A DNA stretch of 31,901 nt from Gemmatimonadota bacterium (GTDB lineage Bacteria; Gemmatimonadota; Gemmatimonadetes; Gemmatimonadales; Gemmatimonadaceae): positions 1 through 31,901 of the forward strand of contig JANMLN010000188.1 in assembly GCA_031372565.1 (NCBI GenBank). The letters are read 5' to 3'. The position numbers and the translations under genes are program-made. Under the pieces are notes generated by a model that saw nothing but the letters and a program-made list of their open reading frames with translations, was not told the DNA's origin and ran no database searches. Shown here in pieces: positions 22,867 through 31,901 of this stretch. The first letter of the stretch is position 1, and each line of letters begins with the position of its first letter.

Positions 22867-25800
22867 GTGCGCTTCCGCCGCGTTGTTGTTCTGGCTCTGG
22901 CCGCTGTTGCGCTGGCTGCCGCGTGCTTCCCCGATTCGACCGGCCCGCGGCTCCTCGCGCGCGCTGCGCTCGCGGTCCTTCCGACCTGGGCCAATCCACT
23001 GTCGGCGGGCGCCCCCGTCGCCCGTGCGCGCATCATCGCGCGGCGCGCGGACGGCTCGGTCGCCAAGGACACGGTGGTCACCTTCCCGGCGGGTGCAGAT
23101 TCGCTCGTCGTCAGCCTCGACGTGCCCTTGGCCGGCGGTGGCGCGGGTGGCAGCGAGCCGTTTGGCGTTGCGTTCAAGCTCATCGGGCCGGCAGGCGACA
23201 CGATCTTCACGGGTGGCCCGGTGCCGGTCACCGGATATGCACCGGGCCGCGCGCCCGCCGGACAGGTGGCGGTCACCGTGCCGACCATCTATGTCGGGCC
23301 GGGCAAGAACGCGCAGTCCATCAACGTCATCGTGCGGGACACCTCGGTTGCCTTCGGCGATTCGATCACCCTCACGGCTCTCGCCAGGGATTCCGCCGGC
23401 GCCCCCCTCCCGGGGACGCTCATCGCGTGGACCTCGACCGACACCACGCGGCTCACGGTCACCGACAAGTTCGGTGGCACGCTCAAGGGGGGCACGCGAC
23501 GCGGCCTCGTCAAGGCGCTTGCCAGGACGCTGACCGGGCAAGCGGACACGGTGAATGTGACCGTGCAGCCCGTGGCCAGCGCCGTGTTCAGCCTTGGCGG
23601 CAACGGGCAGAGCGGGGCCGCGGGCTCGCGCCTGCTCCCCTTCCGCATCAAGGTGATCGCCCCCGACTCGCTCGGCGTGCGCGGTGTGGCGGTTGCCTGG
23701 AGCATCGTCTCTGGCGGCGGCACCCTGTCGAGCGCGACCGTCTTCACCGATTCCGGCGGCGTTGCTGCCGACACGCTCACCTTGCCCACTGTCCCCGGGC
23801 CCGTCAGCGTGCGCGCGACCGTCGCCGGGCTCGCAGGTTCTCCGGTGACGTTCCTTGCGACCGCCGTGCCAGGTGTGCCGACCCGGCTCGTCTTCACGGT
23901 CAATCCGCCGGCGGTCAGTCTCGCCGGGCAGGGGCTCGTCCCCACCGTGACTGTCACCGAGCAAGATGCGCTCGGCAACGTCGTGACCACGGCCACCGAT
24001 TCGATCGTGCTCGCGATCGGCGCCAACCCCGGAAGCTCCGCGCTCTCGGGCGTGGTCCGTGCGCGGGCCATCAACGGGGTGGCCACCTTCCCCGGCATCG
24101 CCCTCAACCGGGTGGGCAGCGGCTACACGCTGAGCGCCAGCACTCCCACGCCCGGCATCACGGCTGCGACCTCAACCACGTTTGCGATTTCCGCCGGTGC
24201 GCCGGCCGTCCTGGCCGTTATCACGGACCCGTCGTCGACCAGCTCACTCTCGCCGATTGCACCGCCGGTGGTGATCGAAATCCGCGACGCCGCGGGCAAC
24301 CCGGTCACGTCGGCGACGAATCCAGTCACGCTCGCCATCACCGCGGGCTCGGGCACCGCGGGCGCGACGCTGGGTGGCACCAGGACGGTGAGCGCGATCG
24401 GCGGGCTTACGACCTTCAGTACGCTGACGGTTGACCGCGTCGGCACGGGCTACCGGCTCGACGCGACGGCCCCCGGTCTCGCGAGCGTCACCACGGCTCC
24501 GTTCGTGATTGGCGCGGGCGTGCCCGCATCGCTCTTCTTCATCGCACCACCGCCCGCGACCGCGACGTCGCTGTCGCCGTTCAGCACGACCGTGCAGATC
24601 CGCGATGCGATCGGCAACGTGGTCACGAGCGCCACGGATACGGTCACGCTCAGCATCAACACGGGGCCCGGTGGCGGAGCGCTCGCGGGCCTCGTGAAGG
24701 TCGCGGCGTCGGGCGGCGTGGCCACCTTCCCGAGTGTCACGCTCGACAAGGCCGGCGCGTACACGATCAACGCCACGCGCACGGGCACGCCGCCGGCGAC
24801 GTCGGGAAGCATCGCGCTACAGCCCGGTGCGCCGGCCGTCCTTGCCGTCATCACGGACCCGTCGTCGACCAGCTCACTCTCGCCGATTGCGCCGCCGGTG
24901 GTGATCGCCATCCTCGACGCCGCTGGCAACGCGGTCACGTCGGCGACGAATCCGGTCACGCTCGCCATCACCGCCGGCTCGGGCACCGCGGGCGCGGCGC
25001 TGGGTGGCACCAGGACAGTGAACGCGATCGGCGGGCTGGCGACCTTCAGTACCCTGACGGTTGACCGCGTCGGCACGGGCTACCGGCTCGACGCGACCGC
25101 CGCCGGTCTCGCGAGCGTCACCACGGCTCCGTTCGTGATTGGCGCGGGCGTGCCCGCAACGCTCTTCTTCATCGCGCCACCGCCCGCGACCGCGACGTCG
25201 CTCTCGCCGTTCAGCACGACCGTGCAGATCCGCGATGCACGCGGCAACCTGGTCACGAGCGCCACGGATACGGTGACGCTCAGCATCAACACGGGGCCCG
25301 GTGGCGGAGCGCTCGCGGGCCTCGTGAAGGTCGCGGCGTCGGGCGGCGTGGCCACTTTCCCGAGCGTCACGCTCGACAAGGCGGGCGCGTACACGATCAA
25401 CGCCACGCGCACGGGCACGCCGTCGGCGACGTCGGGGAGCATCGCGCTACAGCCCGGTGCGCCGGTGTCACTCCAGTTCGTCGTGTCGCCCTCGTCCACG
25501 GGGAGTGCGGGGGTCTCGATCCCCGGGCAACCGATCGTGTTCGTGGCGGATGCGGCGCTCAACACGGTGACCTCCGCGACCGGCACGGTGACCGCGACCT
25601 ACGTCGGTCCTGCAACCGTGACCGCCGGCGCGACCGCGACGATCTCGAGTGGCGTTGCCGCCTTCACGTCGCTGGCCATCGGCGGGATCGTCAGCGCGGG
25701 AACACTCACCTTCTCCGATGGCACGCGGACCACGCCGGGCGCGTCGTTCACGCTGCTCGCCGGTCCGCCCTCGGCGGTGCTGGCGGATTCCGGCAACGCG

Positions 25801-28800
25801 CAGACGGGCAACCCGAGCGCGTCGCTCGGCGCGAGCCTCGTGGCGCGTGTGCTCGATGCGTTCAGCAATCCGGTGAGCGGCGTTCCCGTGTCGTTCGCGG
25901 TCAACGCCGGCGGTGGATCACTCGGCGCGCCGAGTGGTGTGTCGGATGCCAACGGACGCGCGCGCACCTCGTGGACCTTGGGTGGCGGATTCGGTGGCAA
26001 CAGCGTCGATGCGACGGCAACGGGGGTCGGCGTGCCCGTGCCGTTCGGCGCGTTCGCCGTGCCGGTCGGTACCACGGCGACATGGGTCGGTACCAGCAGC
26101 ACCAACTGGACCACCGCGCTCAACTGGAGTCCTGCCCTCGTGCCCACGGCCGCGAGCAATGTGTTCGTGCCGAGCGGGACGACCTTTGCGCCGGTGCTCA
26201 CGGCGGCGCAGTCGACGCTCGACATGACCGTCATGCCGGCGGTGCCGTTCAATCTCGGCGCGTTCAATCTGACGGTGAACGGCAACTTCGACGGGGGCAC
26301 GGCGATGCTGGCCGCCGGTGGTCAGGTCTTGATGGCGGGCTCGGCCCGGACGATCGTCGGGCAGAACTTGCCGGGCGTGATCGTCAACAACGTCACCGTG
26401 GTGGGCGGGCGCACGACGCTCGCCGGTACGCTGTCGATCGCGGCGGGCAGCCTCAATGTGAACGGCCGAACGCTCGTGGTCGCGGGCACCTTCGGCACAT
26501 CGGGGCTCGGAGTCCTCGTGATGCAGAACCCGCTCGACTCCCTGCTCGTGGCGGGAGCGGTGAGCTTCGCCGGCAACAGTACGTCGGGCTTGCTTACGGC
26601 CGGGACGTTGCTGGTCCAAGGCCCGAGTTTTGCGCAGGCGTCGCCCACCAGTCCGAACGCCTTTGCCGCGAGTGGCAACCACACCACCGTCTTCACCGCG
26701 GCCGGCGGCACGAGCGTGTCGTTCGCCGCACCCACGGCGTCGCGGTTCCAGCACCTCACGATCGCCAGCGGCGCCGTGACCTTTGGATCATCGGCCGCGA
26801 TCGGCGGCGACGCCACGCTCCAGGGCGCGGCGGGCACGGTGTTGGCGCCAGGCAGCACTGACACGGTAACGGTCGCGGGCAACCTCGTCGATCCGTCAGG
26901 TACAGCCAAGTGGCAGGTCGGGCGCACCAAGCTCACGCGCTCCGGGGTGACCGTGCTGCCGACGCTCATGGGCGTCACGGGAAACAGCATCGAGATCGCC
27001 ACGGCAGGCGCGCTCGCGCTCAACACGCCGGTGCGCATCGCCGGGAATGTGCGCGTCACGACCGGCGCGCTGGAGATTCTGGCGGCCACGGACACGATCG
27101 ATGGCTTCTTCGACACCGCCCTGTCGGGCGCGTTGCGCATGGCGACTGCGGGTGGCGGCCTGCTGCTGAGCCGCAGTGCGACCTTCGCTGGCGGCAGCAC
27201 GGCGTCGCAACTCACCAACGGCATTCTGGCGTTGGGCGGGAACCTGACGCAGACGACGACGAACAATGCGTTCGCGCCGAGTGGGCTGCATGAGACCGTG
27301 TTCGTGGGCGCCGGCGTGCAAGTGGTCAACTTTGCGTCGACGACGGGATCATTCTTCGCGAACCTGACGGCCGCGAGCGGCGGCACGGTGACGCTGCCGT
27401 CGGGCACACTCGTCAACGGCAACATGGCCGCGTTCAGCGCGGTAGTGGGGCCGTTGGTCACCATTGGCGGCGACCTCACCGATGCATTGCCTGCGGGCAG
27501 TCCATTCTGGCAGGTGGGCACGACGCAGTTCACAAGGAATGGCAGCGTGAACCTGCCAACCCTCATCGGCAGCAGCAGCACGATCATCGCCACGGCTGGC
27601 ACCTTCAGCCCCACCGGGCGCGTGCGCTTCGCCGGGACGCTGTCGGTGACGACCGGTGCGTTCAATGTTGGCGCGTTCGCGGACACCGTCGCGGCGTCCT
27701 TCGCCACGTCGGGCACCGGGTCGCTGCGGATGGCGTCGCCCTCGAGCAGCCTGTTGGTGATTGGCAACGCGTCGTTTGGCGGCGGGACGACGGGTGGTCA
27801 GCTCTCTGCGGGCACACTCCGGGTGCGGGGCAACTTCGTGCAGAACACGACCTCCACGGCCTTCGCCCCGACCGCGGCGCACGTGACGCGATTGGAAGGC
27901 ACGGTCGCGCAGACCGTGAACTTCGCGAATCCGGCAGCCACGACCGGCTCGAGCTTCGCGTCGCTCGTGACGAGGAATGCTGCGGGTGTGGTGTTCAACA
28001 CCAACGTCGTGATCACGGGCGCCATGATCGACTCCGTCGGCACGGTGACCGGTGCGGCGGTGACGGCCACGTTGAACGGCTCACTGTTTGACTCGACCGC
28101 GACGCGGGCCGTTCCGGCGCCGTCGTGGCAGGTGGGCACGACGCGATTCACCGCGGGTGCCGTGACGGCACTGCCGCCCGTGATGACCTCCACCAACGTG
28201 CAGTTCGCATCGCTGTCGTCGTTCACGATGGCCAACGGCGTTCAATTCAACGGCACCGGCGGCGTGGACGTGCAGGCGGGGACGCTCGATCTGAACGGCC
28301 TGAATTCCACGGTGGCGGGCAACTTCAGCACCACGGGTACCGGCGTGCTGCGCATGGCGTCCGGCACTCCGAACCTGCTCATTCAGGGCAACGCGCTCTT
28401 CAGTGGCGGGTCGACGTCCGGCGCGCTCGTCGCCGGGCAGATTCGGTTCGCGGGCAATCTCACGCAGAGCGGTGGGCCCTCGACGTACGACGCCACGGCC
28501 ACACATACGTCGAATTTGCTGGGTGTCGCAACGCAGCAGACCGTGTCGATCGCGAGTCCATCGACGTCGCGGCTGGGCTCGTTTGTGACGTCCGGCACGT
28601 TCAACAAGGTGTTCGCGACCGACGCGACGATTCTGGGCAACGTGGGCATAACGGGGACGGGGCTGATCACCGGACTCAATCGCATGATCACGGTCGGTGG
28701 CGACATGGGCGATGCGGGGGTGCTGTGGGATCCCGATTCCACGACCTTCACCAAGGGCGGCACGTTGACGCTGCCGGCGACCGTGAACGCCATCACCACG

Positions 28801-30990
28801 TTCGCCAACCTCAGTTCGGCGTCGCTGGTCACGAACACGACCTTTGCCTCGGACGTGTACGTGACGTCGGGCTCGCTCGATGTGGCCGCAGCGCAGGTCG
28901 TGCTGAACGCGAACTTCACCACGACGGGCACGGGCAGCCTGCGCATGACGAACGCGGCCGGCACCTTCCGGGTGAAGGGCAACGCCTTGTTCAATGGCGC
29001 CTCCACGGCGAGTAACCTGACCAATGGGAAGCTCTTCCTCGAGGGCAACCTCACGCAGGGTGGCGCGAGCGCGCAGTCGTTTGCGGCGAGCAACGCGCAC
29101 CTGACGCGGTTCGAGCCGCCTCTGGTCACGCCCATCATCACCTTCGCCAACCCGGGGAACCCCAGCACGCTATCGGGCTTTGGCAACCTCTCCTTCGCGA
29201 ATGCGCGCGGTGCAAACTTCGCAACGGCAGCGTTCGTGGCCGGGACCGATTCGGTGATCGGTGCGGGCAACAACATCACGTCCACGCCGGGCCGCGCCAT
29301 CACGCTCAATGCAACCGGCGCCGTGACGGCGCTGGTGGACGCCAGCGCGCGGTGGAGGCCCGACACGACCATCCTTGGCGGCAGCGGAGCCATTCCGGCG
29401 TCGACCTTTGGCACGTACCTGGTTGCTGCCGCGCGCTCGCTCGCGGCGAACTGGAACCACACCGGAAATCTGGACCTCGCGCAGCAGCTGACCGTCAGCT
29501 TGCGTACGCTCCGCGTGAGTGGGCGCCTGCAAACGATCGGTGCGAGTGGCACGCTGCGGGAGACGGCAGTCGGCGACAGCGTGGATGTCGACTCGGTGAC
29601 GTTCCAGGGTGCGGACCAGACCACCCACCTGACGGGCGGCGTGCTCCTTGTGCGAGGCAACTTCAGGCAGGCGGCGACCAACTCGACGACCAGTTACGTG
29701 TCGTCGGGAACGCACACGACCATCCTGGCACCGGGTACTCCCGCCGGGTTGAGCATGGCGACCGGCGACTCGCTGAACTCGCGGTTCCAGAACGTCGTGT
29801 ACTCGACCGTGGCGACCAGCACGATCGCGGTCGCTGGGCAGGTGTTCATTGCCGGCACCCTGACCGGATCGGGATCCGGACCTGGCATCATCGGCAGTCC
29901 CACAGCGCAGATCTTTGTGCGGGGCGCACTGAGCATGTCGGGCATCACGGCGCTGGGTACGTCGCTCAACAAGTTCAGGGCGATCGGCATCGGGGCCGGC
30001 ACGGCATCGTTCGCCACGGTCGGCGCACAAGCGGACACGCTCGTGTACTTCAACACGCCGTTTACCGCGGGCACCTTCCCGTCGTTGATCGGGTTCCAGT
30101 CGCTCCGCCTCGGCAACACCACCTTAGCCGCGCAGCATGCCTCGGTGGGCGGTGGCCCGCTGAGCATCACCGGCGACCTGTCGATTGTGGGGGTGAACGC
30201 GCGGTTCAAGCCGAACCGCGCCTGGAACGTGGCGGGCAATTTCGTGACGGACTCTGGTGCGGTGCTGGTCATGACGGCGGCGTCGGACTCGCTGAGCGTG
30301 ACAGGGAATGCGACCTTCAGGGGTGGCTCCACGGCGGGCTTGCTCACATCGGGCAACCTGAGCATCGCGGGTGACTTCACGCAGATTGCTGCGACGTCGC
30401 CGCGGTCGTTCGTGTCGAGCACGGGACACATCACGCGGCTCAGCGGCACGAGCGGCAACCAGAACATCACCTTCGCCACGCCGGACACGACGTTCACGAA
30501 TGTGGGTTCGAGTTTTGCGCGATTGGTACACGGCGTCGGTTCCATCAGCACTCTAGTCCTCCAGTCAAGCGTGGCAGTCACTGACTCGGTGAGTTTTGCG
30601 CCAACGACGGGTCGGTTTGCGAATGGCGCGGGCTCCGTTCGGACGCTGTTCACGCGCGGCATGAACATCAGCAACACTGCGTTCACTCAGGTTCGCATCG
30701 TATTCAACCGCCCGGGCATCGCGGCGTCGGGTGCCCAAAGCGGCAACAGCTTCATCGGACCGTACGGATCCAACGACGTCGTCACCGTTCTCGGCAACAG
30801 CATCGCGTCGCTGCCAGTGCTCACGTGGAGTTTCATGACTTTCTCGGCCACGGGACAGACGGCCGGGTGCTTCGTGCGGGCGACCAACTCACTGGCCATG
30901 ACTGTCACGCTCACCTTCTCATCACCAGTGGGCGCTTCTGCCTTCAAGACAGGCTGCGGAGCGGCGCCCGTCACGCTGAACTTCCCGTAG
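22867..30990 (+). CDS. Giant (~2,707 aa) surface lipoprotein/adhesin-like protein with Ig-like (Big-1/Big-2-type) domains and beta-rich repeats
   Basis: GTG 22867: MRFRRVVVLALAAVALAAAC (lipobox). Invasin-like Ig motifs (GNGQSG...V.W...GGG.LS, DAAGNPV), Thr/Gly/Ala/Ser-rich, seven ~200-aa C-terminal repeats. Confidence 0.88.
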   Translation: MRFRRVVVLALAAVALAAACFPDSTGPRLLARAALAVLPTWANPLSAGAPVARARIIARRADGSVAKDTVVTFPAGADSLVVSLDVPLAGGGAGGSEPFGVAFKLIGPAGDTIFTGGPVPVTGYAPGRAPAGQVAVTVPTIYVGPGKNAQSINVIVRDTSVAFGDSITLTALARDSAGAPLPGTLIAWTSTDTTRLTVTDKFGGTLKGGTRRGLVKALARTLTGQADTVNVTVQPVASAVFSLGGNGQSGAAGSRLLPFRIKVIAPDSLGVRGVAVAWSIVSGGGTLSSATVFTDSGGVAADTLTLPTVPGPVSVRATVAGLAGSPVTFLATAVPGVPTRLVFTVNPPAVSLAGQGLVPTVTVTEQDALGNVVTTATDSIVLAIGANPGSSALSGVVRARAINGVATFPGIALNRVGSGYTLSASTPTPGITAATSTTFAISAGAPAVLAVITDPSSTSSLSPIAPPVVIEIRDAAGNPVTSATNPVTLAITAGSGTAGATLGGTRTVSAIGGLTTFSTLTVDRVGTGYRLDATAPGLASVTTAPFVIGAGVPASLFFIAPPPATATSLSPFSTTVQIRDAIGNVVTSATDTVTLSINTGPGGGALAGLVKVAASGGVATFPSVTLDKAGAYTINATRTGTPPATSGSIALQPGAPAVLAVITDPSSTSSLSPIAPPVVIAILDAAGNAVTSATNPVTLAITAGSGTAGAALGGTRTVNAIGGLATFSTLTVDRVGTGYRLDATAAGLASVTTAPFVIGAGVPATLFFIAPPPATATSLSPFSTTVQIRDARGNLVTSATDTVTLSINTGPGGGALAGLVKVAASGGVATFPSVTLDKAGAYTINATRTGTPSATSGSIALQPGAPVSLQFVVSPSSTGSAGVSIPGQPIVFVADAALNTVTSATGTVTATYVGPATVTAGATATISSGVAAFTSLAIGGIVSAGTLTFSDGTRTTPGASFTLLAGPPSAVLADSGNAQTGNPSASLGASLVARVLDAFSNPVSGVPVSFAVNAGGGSLGAPSGVSDANGRARTSWTLGGGFGGNSVDATATGVGVPVPFGAFAVPVGTTATWVGTSSTNWTTALNWSPALVPTAASNVFVPSGTTFAPVLTAAQSTLDMTVMPAVPFNLGAFNLTVNGNFDGGTAMLAAGGQVLMAGSARTIVGQNLPGVIVNNVTVVGGRTTLAGTLSIAAGSLNVNGRTLVVAGTFGTSGLGVLVMQNPLDSLLVAGAVSFAGNSTSGLLTAGTLLVQGPSFAQASPTSPNAFAASGNHTTVFTAAGGTSVSFAAPTASRFQHLTIASGAVTFGSSAAIGGDATLQGAAGTVLAPGSTDTVTVAGNLVDPSGTAKWQVGRTKLTRSGVTVLPTLMGVTGNSIEIATAGALALNTPVRIAGNVRVTTGALEILAATDTIDGFFDTALSGALRMATAGGGLLLSRSATFAGGSTASQLTNGILALGGNLTQTTTNNAFAPSGLHETVFVGAGVQVVNFASTTGSFFANLTAASGGTVTLPSGTLVNGNMAAFSAVVGPLVTIGGDLTDALPAGSPFWQVGTTQFTRNGSVNLPTLIGSSSTIIATAGTFSPTGRVRFAGTLSVTTGAFNVGAFADTVAASFATSGTGSLRMASPSSSLLVIGNASFGGGTTGGQLSAGTLRVRGNFVQNTTSTAFAPTAAHVTRLEGTVAQTVNFANPAATTGSSFASLVTRNAAGVVFNTNVVITGAMIDSVGTVTGAAVTATLNGSLFDSTATRAVPAPSWQVGTTRFTAGAVTALPPVMTSTNVQFASLSSFTMANGVQFNGTGGVDVQAGTLDLNGLNSTVAGNFSTTGTGVLRMASGTPNLLIQGNALFSGGSTSGALVAGQIRFAGNLTQSGGPSTYDATATHTSNLLGVATQQTVSIASPSTSRLGSFVTSGTFNKVFATDATILGNVGITGTGLITGLNRMITVGGDMGDAGVLWDPDSTTFTKGGTLTLPATVNAITTFANLSSASLVTNTTFASDVYVTSGSLDVAAAQVVLNANFTTTGTGSLRMTNAAGTFRVKGNALFNGASTASNLTNGKLFLEGNLTQGGASAQSFAASNAHLTRFEPPLVTPIITFANPGNPSTLSGFGNLSFANARGANFATAAFVAGTDSVIGAGNNITSTPGRAITLNATGAVTALVDASARWRPDTTILGGSGAIPASTFGTYLVAAARSLAANWNHTGNLDLAQQLTVSLRTLRVSGRLQTIGASGTLRETAVGDSVDVDSVTFQGADQTTHLTGGVLLVRGNFRQAATNSTTSYVSSGTHTTILAPGTPAGLSMATGDSLNSRFQNVVYSTVATSTIAVAGQVFIAGTLTGSGSGPGIIGSPTAQIFVRGALSMSGITALGTSLNKFRAIGIGAGTASFATVGAQADTLVYFNTPFTAGTFPSLIGFQSLRLGNTTLAAQHASVGGGPLSITGDLSIVGVNARFKPNRAWNVAGNFVTDSGAVLVMTAASDSLSVTGNATFRGGSTAGLLTSGNLSIAGDFTQIAATSPRSFVSSTGHITRLSGTSGNQNITFATPDTTFTNVGSSFARLVHGVGSISTLVLQSSVAVTDSVSFAPTTGRFANGAGSVRTLFTRGMNISNTAFTQVRIVFNRPGIAASGAQSGNSFIGPYGSNDVVTVLGNSIASLPVLTWSFMTFSATGQTAGCFVRATNSLAMTVTLTFSSPVGASAFKTGCGAAPVTLNFP
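24194..25465 (+). repeat. Near-identical 630-bp intragenic tandem duplication (210 aa, two Ig-like domains per unit)
   Basis: CCGGTGCGCCGG unit starts at 24194, 24824 and 25454; protein GAPAVLAVITDPSSTSSLSP...ATSGSIALQP occurs twice. Confidence 0.95.
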
Positions 30991-31011
30991 GATTGTCTCG
31001 CTCGTGAACCC

Positions 31012-31901
31012 ATGAGCGCCCCGCCGCCGCCATCAGCACCACGCGCGGCGCCCACCACCCGCGACTCCGGCGTGATGGCGCAGCTCCCCCGCGTGCGCGC
31101 GCCCACGCCGGTTCGCTTCATCATCTACGCGTACGGGCTCACCTGGCTCGTGGCGTGGCCGCTCCTCCTCTCGCGCGCCGGGATGCTCCGCACCCCCGCG
31201 CCGTTCTGGATGCACTACCTCACGGGCTTCGGCCCGCTGCTGGCGGCGGCCGTTGTCGCGTACGGTGAAGGTGAAGGCTCCGGTGTGCGGGCCTGGGTCA
31301 CGAGCCTCGTGCGTCCTGTGTCGACGATCTGGTGGGTCGTGGGCATTGCCCCGCTCGTGGCCTACGGCATGGTCGACGGCGTGCTGACGGCCTCTGGGTA
31401 CGCCCTGCGCCCGATCGCCGACCTCGGGCGACTCAGCTTTCTTCCTCCCATGCCGGCGCTGCTGGCGCTGCTCTTCTGGACCCTCACCTCCGGGCTTGGC
31501 GAAGAAGCCGGGTGGCGCGGCCTCCTGCAGCCGATCTTGCAGCACCTGTACGGACCGCTCCGCGGCACGCTCATGGTCGCCGTCGTGTGGGCCGGGTGGC
31601 ACGCGCCGTTCTTCTTCTACCTGCCGAGCTATGCGGGGTTCGGGCCGATCGCCGTCGTCGGGTTCGTGGCCAGCCTCATCTGTGGCGCGGTGCTGTTGGC
31701 GTGGATGCGGAATGCGAGCGGCAGTGTCTTGCCGTGCATCCTCTGGCACGGCGCGTTCAACACGGTGACCGGGTCGGCGGTGGGGCAGGGACGCGTGGCG
31801 GCCGCGCTGTCGGTCATGGTGATCGTGGCGGCCGTCGTGGTGCTGGTGGTGACGCGCGGCCGGCTTGGCGCGAGGCTGTCGCCGGGGGATCCGATGTCGC
31901 T
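31012..31901 (+). CDS. CPBP (CAAX/Abi family) intramembrane metalloprotease (partial, runs off the right edge)
   Basis: Not in the ORF track. Manual translation from ATG 31012 (alt ATG 31075) gives GEEAGWRG, VWAGWHAP and LWHGAFN motifs with multiple TM segments. Confidence 0.9.
   Translation, partial: MSAPPPPSAPRAAPTTRDSGVMAQLPRVRAPTPVRFIIYAYGLTWLVAWPLLLSRAGMLRTPAPFWMHYLTGFGPLLAAAVVAYGEGEGSGVRAWVTSLVRPVSTIWWVVGIAPLVAYGMVDGVLTASGYALRPIADLGRLSFLPPMPALLALLFWTLTSGLGEEAGWRGLLQPILQHLYGPLRGTLMVAVVWAGWHAPFFFYLPSYAGFGPIAVVGFVASLICGAVLLAWMRNASGSVLPCILWHGAFNTVTGSAVGQGRVAAALSVMVIVAAVVVLVVTRGRLGARLSPGDPMS

Noticed and set aside
22824..31124. Chain of long minus-strand ORFs antisense to the giant gene
   Set aside because: Shadow ORFs expected from GC-rich codon usage on the sense strand; no recognisable motifs.

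Overview
GC-rich bacterial chromosomal window with about 21 CDS and no rRNA, tRNA, CRISPR, transposase or phage genes. The gene repertoire suggests Gemmatimonadota (inference only). Left to right: a partial secreted beta-barrel-like gene preceded by a His/Cys-rich leader ORF ending in PETPPPR (CutF/CruR-like); a TolB-like lipoprotein; a BNR/VPS10-repeat protein; galK plus a degenerate GalU-like nucleotidyltransferase; a secreted protein with a divergent GWxTD-like segment; two tandem ATP-grasp ligases; a UbiE/MenG-type methyltransferase; an SDR-manC-quinone oxidoreductase-P1B-5 ATPase run; a saccharopine dehydrogenase-like gene; an NhaR-like LysR regulator with a probable CTG start; a beta-barrel-like gene; sbtB-sbtA; a ~2,700-aa surface lipoprotein; and a partial CPBP protease. 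Three intergenic clusters of one REP/REPIN-like palindromic element show covarying GNA-triloop hairpins and local tandem amplification. Best leads: (1) a probable metal-sensing ribosome-arrest leader with an RBS-proximal stem-loop, (2) the structured, amplifying repeat family, (3) an sbtAB/barrel/NhaR-like module with LysR boxes, (4) the giant lipoprotein with seven His-containing repeats. All calls come from reading motifs by eye; no searches were run.
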